A DNA stretch of 51,406 nt, from positions 68,325,421-68,376,826 of the forward strand of contig NC_068989.1 in the NCBI RefSeq assembly GCF_001194135.2, written 5' to 3'. The notes under the pieces were generated by a model, which made no database searches, was not told where the DNA came from, and worked only from the letters and a program-made list of their open reading frames with translations. Both the position numbers and the translations under genes were made by a program. Numbering within the stretch: position 1 is the first letter of the stretch; every line of letters starts with the position of its first letter. Shown piece by piece: positions 49,389 to 51,406 of this stretch. The stretch is from Octopus bimaculoides (taxonomy: Eukaryota).

Positions 49389-50411
49389 GCATATATACAT
49401 GCATATATGTATACGTATATACATATATACATATATATNNNNNNNNNNNNNNNNNNNNNNNNNNNNNNNNNNNNNNNNNNNNNNNNNNNNNNNNNNNNNN
49501 NNNNNNNNNNNNNNNNNNNNNNNNNNNNNNNNNNNNNNNNNNNNNNNNNNNNNNNNNNNNNNNNNNNNNNNNNNNNNNNNNNNNNNNNNNNNNNNNNNNN
49601 NNNNNNNNNNNNNNNNNNNNNNNNNNNNNNNNNNNNNNNNNNNNNNNNNNNNNNNNNNNNNNNNNNNNNNNNNNNNNNNNNNNNNNNNNNNNNNNNNNNN
49701 NNNNNNNNNNNNNNNNNNNNNNNNNNNNNNNNNNNNNNNNNNNNNNNNNNNNNNNNNNNNNNNNNNNNNNNNNNNNNNNNNNNNNNNNNNNNNNNNNNNN
49801 NNNNNNNNNNNNNNNNNNNNNNNNNNNNNNNNNNNNNNNNNNNNNNNNNNNNNNNNNNNNNNNNNNNNNNNNNNNNNNNATCTTCTTTTCAAGTGAAATT
49901 CTTCACTGATATCGAAAAGGTGAAAACAAGCAATGTTAATTCTCTAAATGAAGTATTAACAGTAACTGCACGATAAAGTGTAGTATATTGCCACTTAAGT
50001 GTGGCTGACCCCTAGGGGTGGATGTTACTGTTGCTTTTAGCCCCAGGAGGACATCTCCTCCAGCTGGCTTATCGACACACGACTGTGTCCTGTTTGCCAA
50101 GGGTAGTTATCCCTCTCACCATATATATATACATATATATATACATATATATATACATATATATACACACACATACATAAAGTACTCCTGAAAATATACA
50201 AATACTTGAAACTATCGGACTCTGTTTTGTTGTCTATGAGTGACATTGTAAAATAAACAGAAGACACGTTTTCATGTTTCCTTGCATCTAGTGAAGATAT
50301 TTAATTTAGGAATTCAGTAAAGGCTTTAAGCTTTAGGTTATACACAATAGTATATGTACATGTATAAAATACTTGAATTTATATATATCTATATATAGAA
50401 CATTATTTCAT

Positions 50412-50455
<44 letters not shown>

Positions 50456-51406
50456 TGAGAATGAGAGGGAGACAGTGTGAGTCAGGGAGATAAATAAGTG
50501 AATCGTTGTTTATCACATATACATAATATCATAATAACCACTTAGTAGAGTATATTCTATGAAACCAGATAGTAGATGAATACAAAACATGTTATTTTGT
50601 AATTTTCTAGCTATGAAACTAATACCATAGCTTTCAACCTGCAGTAGCTTTATAGACATATGAAGCAAGCCCCTCGATATTTATTTGTAAAAGAAAGGTT
50701 AATAGCTTGTATATATTGACACAAATACGCATACACAACCTCCGCCCCAAAACAAATACATACAAACACGCAACACTTGCACACGTATAACTGGATAGAT
50801 AGACAGTTAGATAGCGATATAGACGAGTAGACAAATAGATAATTTAAAAGAGAAATTTGAGATTGATAGATAGATAGATAGATAAGCAGACAGACGGAGA
50901 GAACGAGATATCTATAGACAGATATATAGATATGAATTTCAATTAATAAGAAAATACACATACGTAGAGTTGAAAATACACACAACATAGATTACATTTT
51001 TACATACATATATATGTACTTATGTTCGTATAGCGATATAATAATCCGTGTGAGTGAGTGGGTGTTTAGAAACTATTAACCTTTCCTTTACAAATAATTA
51101 TTGAAGGGATACACTCATCAGCGTAAGCAACTAAGCACAATGAAAACTATGGTATCAGTTTCATAGCCGGAAAATTACAAAATAACAAGACGCTTTGAAT
51201 TCAAATACTATCCACTTACTTCTTCTATGTACCGTTAAAATGGGGCTTATATATGTATGGCTGTGAGAAAGAATTATTTAGACAGGTTGTTTATGAACGC
51301 CAACACTCATTCCGCTATATATATACATATATATATAAATATATATATGTTGTATATATATATATATATATATACATATATGTATGTATATTATATATAT
51401 ATATAT

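Overview
AT-rich, microsatellite-dense eukaryotic genomic DNA with many N-gaps. The SINE, LINE and Penelope families and the neuropeptide type point to a cephalopod, probably an Octopus draft assembly (inference). The only clearly intact host coding sequence is one large terminal exon (24133-26073, +). It encodes a repetitive neuropeptide precursor with 34 FDSLGG-containing units, mostly xFDSLGGAFMPG-G-KR, resembling the cephalopod FLGamide/orcokinin-B-like and molluscan FCAP peptides. Its signal-peptide exon is not securely identified. The rest is decayed transposons: two mariner transposases plus a 5' fragment, a Penelope-like element, clusters of R4/Dong-type RLE LINEs embedded in (TAA)n tracts, and many tRNA-derived SINEs. 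Best second-look items: a Cys-pair spacer inside the neuropeptide array; a duplicated splice-acceptor/micro-exon segment flanking the gene (possible tandem paralog remnant); and a minimal hammerhead ribozyme motif at a Penelope-type end. Nearly all other ORFs in the track are microsatellite or N-gap artefacts. Family names come from motif recognition, not database searches.
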